A stretch of DNA of 64,000 nucleotides from Camelus ferus (Eukaryota). Numbering within the stretch: position 1 is the first letter of the stretch; every line of letters starts with the position of its first letter. The position numbers and the translations under genes were made by a program. The stretch is taken from the NCBI RefSeq assembly GCF_009834535.1, contig NC_045717.1, positions 25,854,001 through 25,918,000 of the forward strand, given 5' to 3'. The notes under the pieces were generated by a model. That model did not search any database. It saw only the letters and a list, made by a program, of their open reading frames with translations, and had not been told where the DNA came from. This document shows positions 24,351 through 37,640 of the stretch, piece after piece.

Positions 24351-27300
24351 TCCAGGCCCCTGTTTGGACACACAATACGGCCGCCAAGGCCCGGATGTCA
24401 CGTCCAGGCAGCCCTCTAGGCCCTCTGCCCCAGGCGGGCCCCTTCCACCCTCTGTGGCCCTCAGAGCTCACCCTGTGATGTCTGCCTTGCAGTCTAGCTT
24501 TTGGGCCCTTTGTGTGGTGGGAGCTGCCTGTGGGGTCCCGGCATCCCCACACACAGCCTGAGGAAATGCTGGCTCAGTAAACCCTTCCTGGCTGTGCACG
24601 CAGAGCGGACAGTCTCGTAAGTAGCACAGGTCCCCGTCTTCCTCCCAGCCGCCTAGAGGGACTGGCTGTTATGATTCCCACATACCAGCTGAGGCTACTG
24701 GGGCCCAGAGAGGTTAGGTCATTAGCTTAAGGTCACCCAGCGGGGACCGGGCATAGCCCCAGGGCCTCAATCCCTCTGCTCTCATGCTGGCCAGGAACCC
24801 AGGACTCTGCTCCCACCACAAGAGGGAGCCACTTGTCTGGGGCCACACCTGAGGCTCCCAGGCCACCTGCCCCACAGCCTCTCTCCCCTGGCCCCGTCCA
24901 TCAGTCCAGAGAGAGAAGGCGAGAAAATAAGGGTTTTTAATTTGAGAAATAATTACTGCCACCTAAGGGTTCCTGCTGGCTTTCCCAGGCACGAGGGTGC
25001 AGGAATGGGAGAGCCATGGCCCAGCCGCACCCCCACCCAGAGTGCTCCCCCTGACCCCGGCAGGTGGCAGCCACCTTCCAGCCCCCACCCTGCCCACAGC
25101 TCCCCCATCTAGAGCTGTCCTCTCTTCCCAGGGGGTTCATCTCCACAGCAACAACCCCATCACAGGTGGCCATAACCTTGGCAACCAGGCACTGCCATCC
25201 CACCACCTGGGAAGCTGGAACCCCTGGCTGCACCCCCTTTCCACACTCCCCTCGGTCCCCACAGCAGCTTCCCACTGGGGACGCTGGGCCCGGGGGGCCA
25301 CCCAGAGGCTGAGCCCACCTCCCTCCCTCTACTAAATGCAATGGAACGCAATGCCTGTGCGTACATTCTAGCCATGTTGCTGAGGACCTACTATGTGCTC
25401 CAGGACACTGTGGTGAGCAAGACAGGTGTGGCCTCTACCCTCAACGGGCTCCCTCTTGGGATGGGGGGGCAGGGAGATACAGGCTAAGGACAGAGAGAAG
25501 ACAAGACAGGAGTTTCAGGGAGTGACAGACACTGCGATGGAAGCCAGGGACCACTGCCCCACTCAGACCCCCAGAAACCCACCTCCGGGGGCAAAACCTA
25601 CTGCCTCAAAGCTACTGGATCATTTGTTCATTCAGGCAGTATTTACTGGGTGCCTCCTGTGCGTCTACTGGGATGCAGCAGGAAAGAAGGCAGGGCCTGT
25701 GATAAACAGAATAAATCGGTAAATTACACAGTGTCTGAACTGGGGAGAATGCCGAGGAGTCCGGGAGGGGCATGAGTCAGGAAGGGGTGAGCCAGGCTGA
25801 GGTCTGGGGGAAGGGTGCAAGTAGAAAAGCTGTGCAAAGGTCCTGAGGCGGGCAGTGCCCGAGGCCTCACCCTGCCCTTCTGCCAGGCTTCCAGAGCAAC
25901 AGCCACAAGCTGGGCAGAACCACTGAGTGTCCTGCTGTCCCCTTGTGTCATTGAGTGGAGTCTCTGTGGCCCTGGAAGATGGGTGCTGTTCAGGTCCCCA
26001 TTTTACAGATGTGGAAACTAACACACAGTCAGTCCCACAGCCAGTAAGGGACAGGACCTAGGTTCAAATCCTGGCCACCGAGTCGGTCAGCGCCCCCTCG
26101 CCACTGCCCTGAGGTCACACCGTCTCCACAACAGTGACATCTCTGTGTGGGCACTGGGTCGGCCTGGGGGTTTGGGGACCCAGGAGGAAGGGGAGCCCAC
26201 AGCCTCCTCCTGGACCTCCGCAGGCCAGGGAGGGGTCCTTCCGCTTGTCCCGTGAGACCTGGCCTGCAGCCTCCCGGGATGCGGTTTCCGGGCCTCCGGC
26301 CAACGCGACAGTCTGGGAATGGAGCCTGCTTGAGTCACAGGTGGCTGAGCTGATGTCCAGCCACCAGGGAAGCAGCTGCGAGGGTGCAGCGGGCAGGAAG
26401 TCTGGGGGGTGGGATTGTGCACAGTTACAACCCGGCCCTCAGGGCAGCCAGGACTACCTTGAGCCCCTCTCTGGGGACCAAGGGCATTGCTGAGCCTCAA
26501 TTTGCTGGTCTGTGAAATGGGAATAATAAATTGTCCACCTGTAACAGTGAGGCTGCAGCAGGCACAAGAGGGCCAGAGTCTGAAACAGACCCAGCACACA
26601 GTAAGCACTGGGTAATCTTGCTGGTGTTACAAGCATGATTGTGGGGGTGGGGGGTCTTAATGGAGGGTCCCCCCGCCACTGTCCTCTGCCCCGTGCCCCC
26701 TACACTGAAGTAACATCCCAGACTCCATAGTGTGAGCTCCCTAAATGGGGCTGATGCCAGGCAGACCCTGTCCTGGTGGCTCAGGACACCCCACTCCTGG
26801 TCTTGTTTCTGCCCCAACTTGTTTCCCCTCAGGAACCACGGTGTTCCAGCCCAGCAGTCGGGAATAGGGACCCTTCACCCCTATTTTGTGATTCTAGGAC
26901 ATCTGCTCCGCCAAGACATCTTTTATCAGATGAGGCAAGCCCCCTCCAACTTGAGGTTCCCAAGCATGGGGTGCCCAGGGCCCCCCAAACCACCACAGTA
27001 TGTAAGAGAAAGAGTCAGTCCCCACGAATGCCCGCCAACTGCTCTGCGTGCTGCAGCCTGCCGGGCAGATAAACACACGTAAGTACAGACTGGCCAAGGA
27101 AGGACGAAGGGAAAGGCATTCCAGGGAGAGGGAAAAGGAAGGGGAAAGGCTGAGGCTGCCAGGAACCTGGCCCGTGTGAAGAGGAGCAAGGAGGCCTCCT
27201 TGGGGAGGAGTGAGGCCGCGGGTGGGAGGAAGGCGTGGGTAGGGAAGATCCAGAAACACACACCGAGTTTAGATGATCCAGAGGGCAATAGGGAGCCATT

Positions 27301-27469
27301 GTGGGTTCTGGAGGCCAGTGGTCAAGCATCCTCTGGCTGGGGGGTGGAATGGGCCTGGAGCGCTGGCTGGAGCTGAAGAGGCTGGGGCAGGTGTCCAGGT
27401 GTCCAGGTACCAGGTGGTGGCAGCCTGGACTCGGGGCAGTGAGGAGGGGACAGGTCCCAGAGGAGCACA

Positions 27470-28100
27470 GATGGAGAGCCCTGCGTTTCTTGCACCGCAG
27501 CCTCTGCAGGCCCGCCGAGGCCTCCGCCCCCGGGGGCCTCACTCTCGCCGGCGCGGGTGGGTGCACCCGGAGCGGCAGGCGCTCCCCGCGCTTGGCCCCG
27601 CCGCCCTGGCGCGCGGCCCGGCACCTGCGCGCACGTGTCCTGGCGCCCCGCAGCCCCGCACACCTGCGGCCCCGGCGCCGCGCACCCCGGCCGGCGAGCC
27701 GCGCGCACGGCCGAGCGCAGCCCCGCGCGCCGGGGAGGGCGGCGGCGGGCACGCGCCGGCAGGGGCGCGCACGGCGGACCCGGTAGGCGGCGGCGGCTCG
27801 TGTCGGCTCCGGGCGGCCCCCCTCCGCAGCCCGCGCCGTGTCCGCGGCGGAGCCGCCCAGGTGAGTGGCCGCGCCGGGCCGGGCGACCCCGCTCCGCCTG
27901 CGCCCCGCAGCCCCCTCCCGCGCCCCCTCTCCTCGCCCGGGGGACACTCTCCCTGCGCACCCCTCCCGGGCGCATTGCTGCTCCTCGCCAGGCCCCCAGA
28001 GCTCCCCCTGGAAACTTCGGAGGGCCACTCCCCATGCTGGGGTCGCCCCGACCCTCCCCTGGGGCGCCGAGGAGTGGGGAGCCAGGTAGGCGTCTCTCTG
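27470..28100 (+). promoter_or_regulatory. LINGO3: CpG island with the likely non-coding first exon of LINGO3 (donor CAG|GTGAGT at 27860/27861)
   Basis: Isolated CpG island with a consensus donor. The matching acceptor (branch GCTAAC 40415-40420, TTCAG| at 40437) lies 46 nt before the LINGO3 ATG. Confidence 0.75.
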
Positions 28101-28589
28101 GAGGCAGTGAGGACACCTGGGGGAATGCAACCCCCTCGGGAGAGGGGGAAGGAGGGGCACTGGCTGGGTCTGGGGGTCGAGGGCCGTCGTGATGGCAGCT
28201 TTGGCCCTGCGCCTTCCTGTCCTTCCCTCCAGAGGGGTCTAGTCTAGCCTAGGGGATGCTGAGGAAGGCAAAGAAAGCATTTGGGGTTCACAGCAGGACC
28301 TGCTGCATCCCTGGGGCTGGGGACAGCTCAGCTGGGTGGGAGGGATTTGGGGGCGCAGGGCTGAGCCCCCTGCACTGTGGGCCTCTGTCCAAGCAGCAAG
28401 GGCAGGGCGAGGGCTTCTCTCTGTCCCCGAGCCTGGGCCTGGGCGCCCCCCCAGGGCCTCTGGGGCCTGGCTTGGGAGGCCACTGAGCCCCATTCAACAA
28501 GTTGGGGCTAGGGGACATCGCCTTGTACCTTGATCTGGGTGCAGGGTTAGGGATAGGGTGAGGGTCCTTACTTTCGAGACCGCCTTATA

Positions 28590-28770
28590 AGTGGTTTTCT
28601 TAAACATGTGCCCCAGGCACTAAGGACACAGGCACCCCAGTCCCCCAGTTCTGAGGAATCAGAACTATTGGGGTTTTGTGACCTGGAACCTGCATTTTTA
28701 ACAAGCAGTCCTCAGTGAATCCATGTTTGCCCAGAGATGGTTGAGAACCTCTTGCTTCTAGCGGGGGCGC
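28590..28770. mobile_element. MER5-like DNA transposon fragment
   Basis: GGAACCTGCATTTTTAACAAGC...GGTTGAGAACC. Confidence 0.65.
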
Positions 28771-30794
28771 GGGGAGGGGGGGTGTCTGCTGCAGCATGGC
28801 AGCAGACAGAGGGACCATCTGGGGCTTGATGGGAGGGGGGAGCTTTCAGGGACAGCAACCCAGGAGGGCTCCCTGGAGGAGGTGTGGAGGCTGGGAAGGG
28901 TATGGTGTGTGAGTGCCTGGAGGTGGAGGACACAGGGTTTCTGTGGATGAGGCTGGTGGAAAACAGGTGCAGGCTGGCGGGGAGAGGTCGGGGTCATCGG
29001 GCTATGAGTGCACCGCCTGGCTCCATTGCCCTCTGAGCTGGCGCTCCGGCCATCTGAGACAGGATCTGAGCTCCCCGTGGGCCCACCCTGCAGGCTTCTC
29101 CCGCAGGTGCAGCTCCTCTAATCTACCTGGATGACGTGGAGTGACAGGAAGGGGCCATCCAACTGTGAGAGGGGGTACTCAGAAGGGCTCAGAAGCCCTC
29201 CTGGGCCTGCTTCTCTGTTCCCTGTTCCAGCTGGTGGCTTCCATCAGAGGACAGCCCCTCTCTGAGCTCCAGTCTGGAAATGGACATCAACACGGGCTAC
29301 AATAAATTGAGGTGCCTTGCGCCCCCCACCCCGCCTGGTGCTGCTGTGAGATAGATGCTCCATTAATGTGGGGCGCCCACGAGCACCCTTACCATCACCA
29401 CAGCAGCACCACTGCACCCGCTCAGCCTCAGTGTGCTCACCTGTAGAATGGAGGTGGCAGCTCCTAGCCACCCCCACGTTTTGCCCGGGATCCAAAGGTG
29501 CCTCGCTGAGTGGGAATATAAAGCAGATCTGAGGCAGCAGCTTGATTTTTCTTCCCACAATGCTGTCATTCTTGGGCGCCCCTGAGTCACCACCTAGTCA
29601 CCAGGTAGAGAGCCAGAGAGCCTCTGGGAGAACTCTCAAAGCAAAGCTTGTCCCAGGTGGGCCTGGGTGTGCCGCCCACCACCACGTGTCAATCCTGCCC
29701 TCTGTCCGCCCTCCAGTAGGGTTCTGGGATTCAGTGGAAAGGTTCAGATACTGACTCTCAAGCTGAGTGATGTCAGGTGAGCTGGAGACCACTCTGACCC
29801 TCAGTCTCCTTTTCTCTGAGGGCTTCATCCTTTCCACCCTCAGGGCTGGGCTGGGCTAGTAGCTGAATGGCCATGGTATATACCGGGTGTTCAAAACGTG
29901 GTTCCAGATCGCAGGCCTCAGCTGCAGAGGACAGTCAACAGCTCCCCCTGCACAGGCTGGCAGGCAAAGTGGGTCAGGAGGCCCCCAGCCCCCCGAAGGG
30001 TTAACAGGGACTAACGGCAGACGGAGGCTAATTAGGGCTTAATGAATTGTCGTGGATGAAAGTCCCAGGAGGGCCTGGATCTAGGACGCAGGCCACACGA
30101 ATCCTGAAGAGGTGGGTAGTGTGTCCCCGAAAGCAGGCCTCAGAGGGCCGGGCCCTGCATGGGGCCTGGCACCGCTGCCCAAGTCTGTCCAGAAGCCTGA
30201 ATGGGGGATACTTCGAGGGCCTGCCGAAGCCCACCCCCTGCTCCCTCCAGCCCCACTTGTGGTTGGGGGAAGAGGGAGGGGTGGCCTGAGGACAGAGGGG
30301 CCAGCTGCCTGGGGGGGGACCTGGCTCACTTTGCCCAGGGGTGTGTGCAGCACCCCCTGGCCTGGGAGGGGACGGGAGGACATGTCCACTGTGGCCTGAG
30401 GAGGGGAAAGCTTGCTCAGAATAGATGAGTTGGGAGGAGATGGGGCCCTGGCCAGGAGGGAACAAGGGACCTAGCTACCTGGCTGTGTCCACAGGGCTGG
30501 ATTGCTCTGCTCAAGGGGAGGGGCCCAGGCAGCCCCAGCCCGTCTCAGGTTAAAAGCTTCGTGGCATATTAATCCAGGATTACTTGGGGCCAAGTGCGGG
30601 TGGGTCTCATTTCTCAGGTCCTGCCTGGACAGACAGATTTTGGGCTCCTCCCCTAGGTAGGTCCCTGCACTGCAGCTGACGCTGCTCCTGCGGGGAGCTA
30701 GGCCCCTTCTCCTGTCCAGCCCCCAGAGCAGGCACACAACCCCTTGGAGGCCTCAACCCACCATTCTTCAAGACTGCAAAGACCCTGCATGAGT

Positions 30795-31200
30795 GTCCCT
30801 GGGCCGCAGCCACAAACCTAATGCTTCAAACCACACACATGGATCCTCTCACGGTCCTGGAGTCAGGAGTCTGACTCGGCCTCTCAGGGCTAAAATCCAG
30901 GTGTGGGCAGGGCTGGTCCCTCTGGAGGCTCCAGGGAGAATCGGCTCCTGCCTCTTCCAGCTTCGAGAGGCGCCGCATCCCTGGCTCGCGGCCCGCCCTC
31001 CATCCTCACCGCCAGCAGCGCAGCATCCCCCGTCTCTCTCTGACTCTGACCTCCCGCCTCCCTCTGATGAGGACCCTGTGATGGCACGGGGCCCCCAGGA
31101 ATCCAGGGTCACCCCCATCGCAGGGTGAACTGATCAGTATCCTTAATTTCACCCCGCTTTGCCACATAAAGAAACATCTCAGATTCCAAGGACCAGGAAG
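30795..31200 (+). mobile_element. MLT1-type LTR (copy A of the homogenised set)
   Basis: GGAGGCTCCAGGGAGAATC...CCTGCCTCTTCCAGCTTC...CAGATTCCAAGGACCAGG. Confidence 0.8.
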
Positions 31201-32269
31201 TGGGCATCTTTGGAGGGGCCTTCGTTCTGCTGACGGCAGACCGCACCTTCCCTGTCATTTTCCTCCACTGCCCACACATGGCCTCTGTTTTACCCTTTCT
31301 TGTGTGTATCATCCTGGATGAAAGGCAGGGATCCTGTCTGTGTTGTTCAAAGCTGTTTCCTTCAAGAACTAGAACAGAGCCTGGTGCGCAGACTGTGCCC
31401 ATTCAGTGCTTGTTGCATGAATGAATAAATGAATGAATGAATGAATGAGGGAAAGACTTGGCTGAAAGCAGAACAAGGCCTGCGCCTCAGGGCACCTGAC
31501 CCCAGCCCACACCCAGCAGAGAGTTTTCAGGAAAGATCCCGGTTGATCAAGTACCTTCTTGCTGACTTCTCAAGTGCCCCCCACCCCCGCCATCAGCCGG
31601 CGAAGGTGGTGGTTAGTCATGTGCGTCCCTTTCGCACAAGAGAAAACTGAGGCTCAGGGCATTAAAAGTCTCTCCCAGGCGGTCGGGGCAGGCTCCGATG
31701 GGGACCGGGGGTTCTTGTCCCGGTGCCGGAGGTTCGCTGATCCTCTGTGCATTTACTGGATGTTCTTGGGCCCTTGGAGCGCCCAGCTCTGCATGTTGCT
31801 GGCTGGGGGCTGGGGAGAGGACAAGCGTGGTCCCCGCCCTCGCAGCAGCGCTGCCCAGGCAGGAGACGAGACTTTCCAGGCTCAGGTGATGTAGGGTGAC
31901 AGGGTCAGACCACACAGAACCGGACGCACCTTCAAACTCCAACCCAGACACGTCACACTTGTGCTCAGAACCCCCTGTGGCTCCGTGTCGCTCTCAGAAT
32001 CAAGTCCAGACACCTCACTGTGGATTCAACGCCCCGCGTGGTTCCGCGCTTGCCAACCCCAACTCCCAGCCCTAAACTCAGATGCACCCTGAGCCTCCAG
32101 CATCCCCTCTTTCTGTCCTCCAAGCACCAACTTCTCCCCACCCCAGGGCCTTTGCCCCGGCGCGTCCCTGCACTCAGAACTCTGTTTCCCGGAATTCCGG
32201 CTGGCCCGCTCCTGCAGACAGGCCCTCCCAGCCACGCCAGAAAAAGCATCAGACCATAACAGACCCCTG

Positions 32270-32590
32270 CTCTTCCCAAACCATCTACTTCGCGAATGTG
32301 TTTGCGTGTCTTAGCTGCTTGCCCGCCACTGAACACGACGCTCAGGGAGAGAAGCAGACACAGAAGGACACCTGGCGTGTGAGTCCGCGGACGTGAGGCG
32401 TCCAGAACAGGCCAGTCCCCAGACACAGGGAGGGGGCTCCTGGCTGTCAGGGGCTGGGAGGGGGAGAGGTGACTGCTCATGGGGATGAGCTTCTTCTAGG
32501 GGTGATGGAATGTTCTGGAATTAGACACAGGTGATGGTTGCACATATCTGTGAAAGTACTAAATAAGCACTTGGACACTTGAAATGGGAA
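32270..32590 (+). mobile_element. L1M(B)-like 3' fragment
   Basis: GGGGTGATGGAATGTTCTGGAATTAGA...GGTTGCACA. Confidence 0.75.
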
Positions 32591-33439
32591 AACCTATGCC
32601 TGGGAAGGCTGGGGGCCGCTGTGTCCCCAGCACCCGCCCAGGGCCTGGCCCACCGGGGTTTAGAGGGGGAGATGGAGGCCCGGGTGTGGCCACGGAGCGG
32701 GCCGTCTGCACGTGGGCCGGGCCCTGCCTCCCGCCCACAGTGACCTTGGCTGCCCCCTGCGAAGCTCTCATGGCCACCGCTTGTCGAGCACAGTAGTGAG
32801 GCTGTGTCCGTGGGGAATGGACCAAGGCAAGGACAGCCCTGCTTCCGTGGGATTTGCCCCTCACTGAGGAGAAGAGATGGGAAGACTCTCGGCCACCAGC
32901 CCCGTGGCTCCTGGAAAATGGGGGTGGAGGAGGGCCTGGCTCTGCAGGGGTCCGGGTGTCAGGGGGTCCAGTCCGCCCCAGGCTCGGCATGGGCAGCGCT
33001 CAGCCCACGTAGCAAAGAGTTGTTCTGCCACCTGCAGCCCCAGAAGGGCCAGGCTGGTCCCCGGGCCTCCTCCAGCCTCGTCCACGAGCCACGTGCTCGC
33101 TGACCCCGAAGCTTCTGTGGTGTGGGAGAAGGGAGCCCCACTCTGCAAGGACAGCTCTGGGGCCCCCCAGTCCTGCCCAGCTGGCTCCAGGCAGGCTCCC
33201 AGGTCTGCAGAGCTGGTGGGGGATGGGCTCCCCACGCCCCGACTCTGGGAGAGCCCTGGGAGACCAGGGTATGGAGCCCTGGGTTTGAGTCTTACATGTC
33301 CTTCTTACCTGCCGGGTGGCCCCAGGCAAACCACTTGCCCTCTCTGGGCCATCTGCTTTCCCATCTGTAACACAGGCTGATAATCAGCCTGTTTCCTCCT
33401 GGGGCATCAGCTGGATGCCTGCTGTGTGCCTCAGCATCC

Positions 33440-33660
33440 TCTGCAAGATTTCTCTTTCCGGCAATCCTGCCCTCCAGGGGACACTGGGCAATGTCCTGGG
33501 ACGTCTGTGGTTGTCACACGACTAGGGGTGCCTCTGGCATCAAGTGGGGGGCCGAGGAGGCTGCTTCCACACCCCACAGTGCCCAGGATGGCCCCCCACA
33601 GAGAGTGATCTAGCCCCAAACGTCAGCGGTGCCAAGGGACCCTCATCCAACCCCAGTCCC
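33440..33660. mobile_element. MER20-like DNA transposon
   Basis: CAGGGGACACTGGGCAATGTC...CAGTGCCCAGGATGGCCCCCCACAGAGA. Confidence 0.75.
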
Positions 33661-36600
33661 ATCCTGCAGGTGGGAACACTGAGGCCAGAAGGAGGCAGAG
33701 CTGTGTGGACTGCCAGGGTGTGAGCTGGGACCTATGCTGGCAGGAGAGGGGTTTGGAGTGGTTGGTGGGAGCCTGCTGGGGGCAGGAGACGGGGAGTGAG
33801 GTGGGTCTGGGATACATTTGGAGGTGGAGTGACAGCTCCTGGTGACAGACTGGCTGGGGGGTGAGCCGGAGCCACTGGCAGGGGTGGGGGGTGGGGGGTG
33901 GGGCAGGGACGGCCCCCGGCGGCAGGGGATGAGGTTGGGACACTGCAGGGCTTCCTGGAGACGGCAGGGATGCGGCTGGGTCCCCAGGGCTGGAGCTCGG
34001 GAGAGAAACAGGATCAGGAGCCATCAGCGAACAGATGTCCCCCTTCCCCATTTAGTCCTGGCAGACGAGGGCGAGGCTCCAGGCGGGTGGCAGGTCCCTG
34101 GGGAGGCGGGGACGGTCTGGAGGGCGAGTGGGGACCTTGATGGACCTGTGGGTGTCACCTCCCCCAAGGCCACAGCCGCAAGGAGGAGGGAAGGGACGGT
34201 AAAGGCGTAGAACCAACATCACCCTTCCACGCGGCTGCCTTTCAGGAAATGGACCCGACGCCCTAAAAACGGAGCTGCAGGGGCAGGACCAGAGTCCAGA
34301 CCCCCACCCTAATCGAGACCCAGGGTCCTGGTCTTCTGACCCCACTGCAACGCCCCGGCCTCTGGGCAAGGAAACAAGCCCAGAAAGGGTGACTTACTTG
34401 CTCAGGGCGCCCAGCACTCCATCGTCTGAGAGTGGCAGGGATGGAGGGGCACCTGGGCCTCTCATCTCGGCTCAGGACACCCCAGCCCTCCACCAAGACC
34501 ACCCTCCTGCTAGTTTCCTGCTTCCTAGCATGGCCAGCGTCCAGGAGAGCAAGTGAATGGGCTCCAGGAGGCAGAGTGAAGTCCCCACAGCTCCCTCGCC
34601 AAGAACCAGTGCAGCACTGGGGCCAGAACCCGAGGAGGAGGCGTCAGACGCGCCAGCCCAGCTGCGAGTCTCCCCGCCCCCGCAGGGGAGATGACAGGGC
34701 CACGCGGGCAGAGGAGCGGCCCCGCTGGGCACCAAGGGCCAGCAGTCTTCTCATCCCGGGAGCAATTATAGCGCAAGATCTCCTAGGACGCCCCAGGTCT
34801 CGCTCCCTTTGACAGACGAGGGCCAGAGAGGGCATGGTTTTCATCGGAGGTCACACAGCGTGTCAGAACTGAGGCCTGCGCCAACCCTTCTGCGGCTGTA
34901 TCACAGCAGCTGTGCCCTGGCCATCCGACCTCCCGTCCCTTGAGTACTTCCCTTCTGATGTTGCTTTTAGCCACCTTCTGTGACAATTTTTAAAAAATTC
35001 TTTCCAACTTAAAAAAAAAATGTAAAGTTTGTAAGAAGCCCACCTTCCTCTCTCTGCAGCGCCCTCCCCTGGGCTGTGGCCCCGCCGCCCCCGCCAGCCA
35101 GGCTCCTTTCCTCCCTCCCCAAGTCTTTGTCCCTTGCTCAGCAAATGAGATCATTGCAGCCCCCTCAACACCTCCCCACTGCGCTCTCCCTGGATTTATT
35201 TTCCTTCACTTAACTTGTCTGCCCAAGGAGGGAGCGTCTGTATTTACCTCCTTTGGTATTTGTCAGCTTCAGGAAGACTGACCTCTTTGTCTCATGTGCT
35301 CTGTGTCCTCAGCACCTGGAAAATGCCCAGCACGGTAGATGTTTGTTGACTGACTGACGGATATCAACCAGTGAGGGGAAACCAGCGTTACAGGATCTCC
35401 GCAGGCAACGATAAAAACAGGCCCAGCAGAAACAGACCGTGTTTTAAATCCTAGCTGGATGACCTGCCAGGACCTTCTCCTCACCCTTAAAAAAAAGGAT
35501 GGATTAACTAGTGTTACGGGTTAAGGACCCCCCAACTTCACCTGAGACTGTCCCCTCCCACCTCTGATGTGCTGTGTGAAACTGAGCAGGTGACTGAAGT
35601 TGCTTTGAGCCTCAGTGTTCCCCTCTGTAAAATGGGGGTGACAATGGGAGCCCCTCCATGAGGTTGTCCTTAGCTCAGGGCTGGCCCAGAGCAGGGGCTG
35701 TAGCATGTTTGCCATTCTGATCATGGTGTTTCTAGTCTAGGAAGAGATACCAGCTTTGAAAGAGGGTTAAATGGCATTTCAGAGAGATGAGGGTGGGGGA
35801 CTTTAGTGCAGAGAGGAAGTGACATTGGGGGTGAGACCCAAGTAAAGTCAGGGAGAGAGCCATGCAGCAGCAGTGGTCTGGATATTGCACAGCCTGTGCA
35901 AAGGTCCTGGGGCAGGACCAGGCCTGGTTTGTTGGAAGAAGAGCCAGGAGGCCTGTGTGGCTGGAACAGAGTGAGTGAGGGGGAGAGAGGGAGGAGGGGA
36001 GGCAGTGGGAAATTCTCTCCTGCAGAAAGAACAAATTGGGCAGCTCGCCCCCATAAGGAGTCCATTGGGGGCTGAACAGTCCCAGCTGTTTCCTTCCTGG
36101 GGCAGAGCTGCTCAGGGTGGGGCTGGCTCCTCCAAAGCAGGTTGCTGAGGAGCCATCCCCCATCCCTGGGTGAGGGGCAGTTACCCCTTGACCACAGGGA
36201 GTGGCACAGGCTGAGACAGGGACCTGGGAGTGGCCTCAGAGCTGGCTGAGGGTAGGAAGTTGCTCGAGGCATGATATGGGCAGCGGAACAGGGGACCATC
36301 AGTCCTAGCTCCCTGGCCCCTCCTGGGACACAGCCTCTCCACGTGCTGTCCAAGGCAACAATGTGGAGAGAATGACCTAGAAAAACAGCCTCAGAAGGGA
36401 GTTGGCCTCAGGGAAGGATTATGTTCATTGCAGTGCCTAGGTTGAGATTAAGGCCAGCTGCTAGGAGAAGACACAACCAGATGGCTCTGACCTGCTCCCT
36501 CTGTCTCCCCACTAGGTCCCCCAGCCTGGGGCAGGGAGCCGAGACCCGTGACCCCCCTGGAGACCCGGGGTGCCCCAGTTCCCTCGTGGTGTGACCAGCA

Positions 36601-37269
36601 CTCTCAGCCCTCTCCCGCTGCTCACAGCGCTGTTCCGCGAGGCGTGTGAATTCCCAGGCGGTTCAGGGACACCTGCACCTGTGCTCATGTGCCCCCTGAA
36701 ATCTGGAATTCAGCTCCATGCTTCATTTTATTTTGCCGTGAATAGGATTATGCTGCCTGTGCTTGTTTGGCAGCCTTGACTGCCCCCAACAACTGACCTC
36801 TCACGTGGCTACAGTCAGCCATCTTTCCTCGCGGGCACCTTCGAATCTCCCCAGTTCCACAATAACCGTGGACTGTGGCTTCTTGGAACCCCTGTTGATG
36901 GGCACTTAGGTTAGTTCATTTTTCCTCCATGTACATGGACCTCAGCTTTCTCCCTCTGCTGAGTATGAGTGAGTCTCTTCGACCCCACAGCAGGCATGGA
37001 CCAGTTTATGTAACCAATCCCCCACTGATGGGCACTTAGGTTAGTTCTGGAACAGCACCCCCGTATGACTACATCCCCACTGCCTTTCTTCATTGGTGCA
37101 TACATGTCTCCCTGTGTTCTGAGGCAGGCATGGACCACAGTTTATTCAACTGATCCCCTCTTGATGAGTTTCTAGGTTAGTTCAGTTTTCTTGCTGTTCC
37201 AGCAACACTTGTTCACGCCGCTCTGCTCCCACGTGTGAGTTTTTCTCACGGATACATGGATGCTCATTT

Positions 37270-37640
37270 GGTCTTGCAGATACATCCTGCAGCTGCCGTG
37301 AAGAAATACCACAAAAAGGGTGGCTTAAAACCAGACAAATTCATTCCCTCTGTTCCGGAGGCCAGACTCCCGAAGCCAAGGTGTCAGCAGGGCTGTGCTC
37401 CCTCCAGAGACTGGAGGGGGCGATCTTTTCTTGCTGCTTCCAGAGGCTGCTGGTTACTGGCACCTTTGGTGTTCCCTGGCTCATAGCTGCACCGCTCCAA
37501 ACTCTGCCTCCGTCACATGGCCGTCCTCCCTGCGTGTCTGCATCCATAGTTCCCCTTTTATAAGGACGCCAGTCATTGGATCAGGGCCCACCCGTCTCCA
37601 GCGTGACCTCATCTTAACTGGATGCCATCTACAAAGTACA
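37270..37640 (+). mobile_element. MLT1-type LTR
   Basis: ATACCACAAAAAGGGTGGCTTAAAACCAGACAAATT...TCATCTTAACT. Confidence 0.8.

Noticed and set aside
27015-28247. 381-aa (minus) and 324-aa (plus) ORFs over the CpG island
   Set aside because: Stop-poor GC-rich promoter DNA, low-complexity translation, no recognisable domain.
29557-29572. SOX-dimer-like ACAATG-N4-CATTCT in LINGO3 intron 1
   Set aside because: The second half-site is imperfect, and one short motif without conservation data is too weak.
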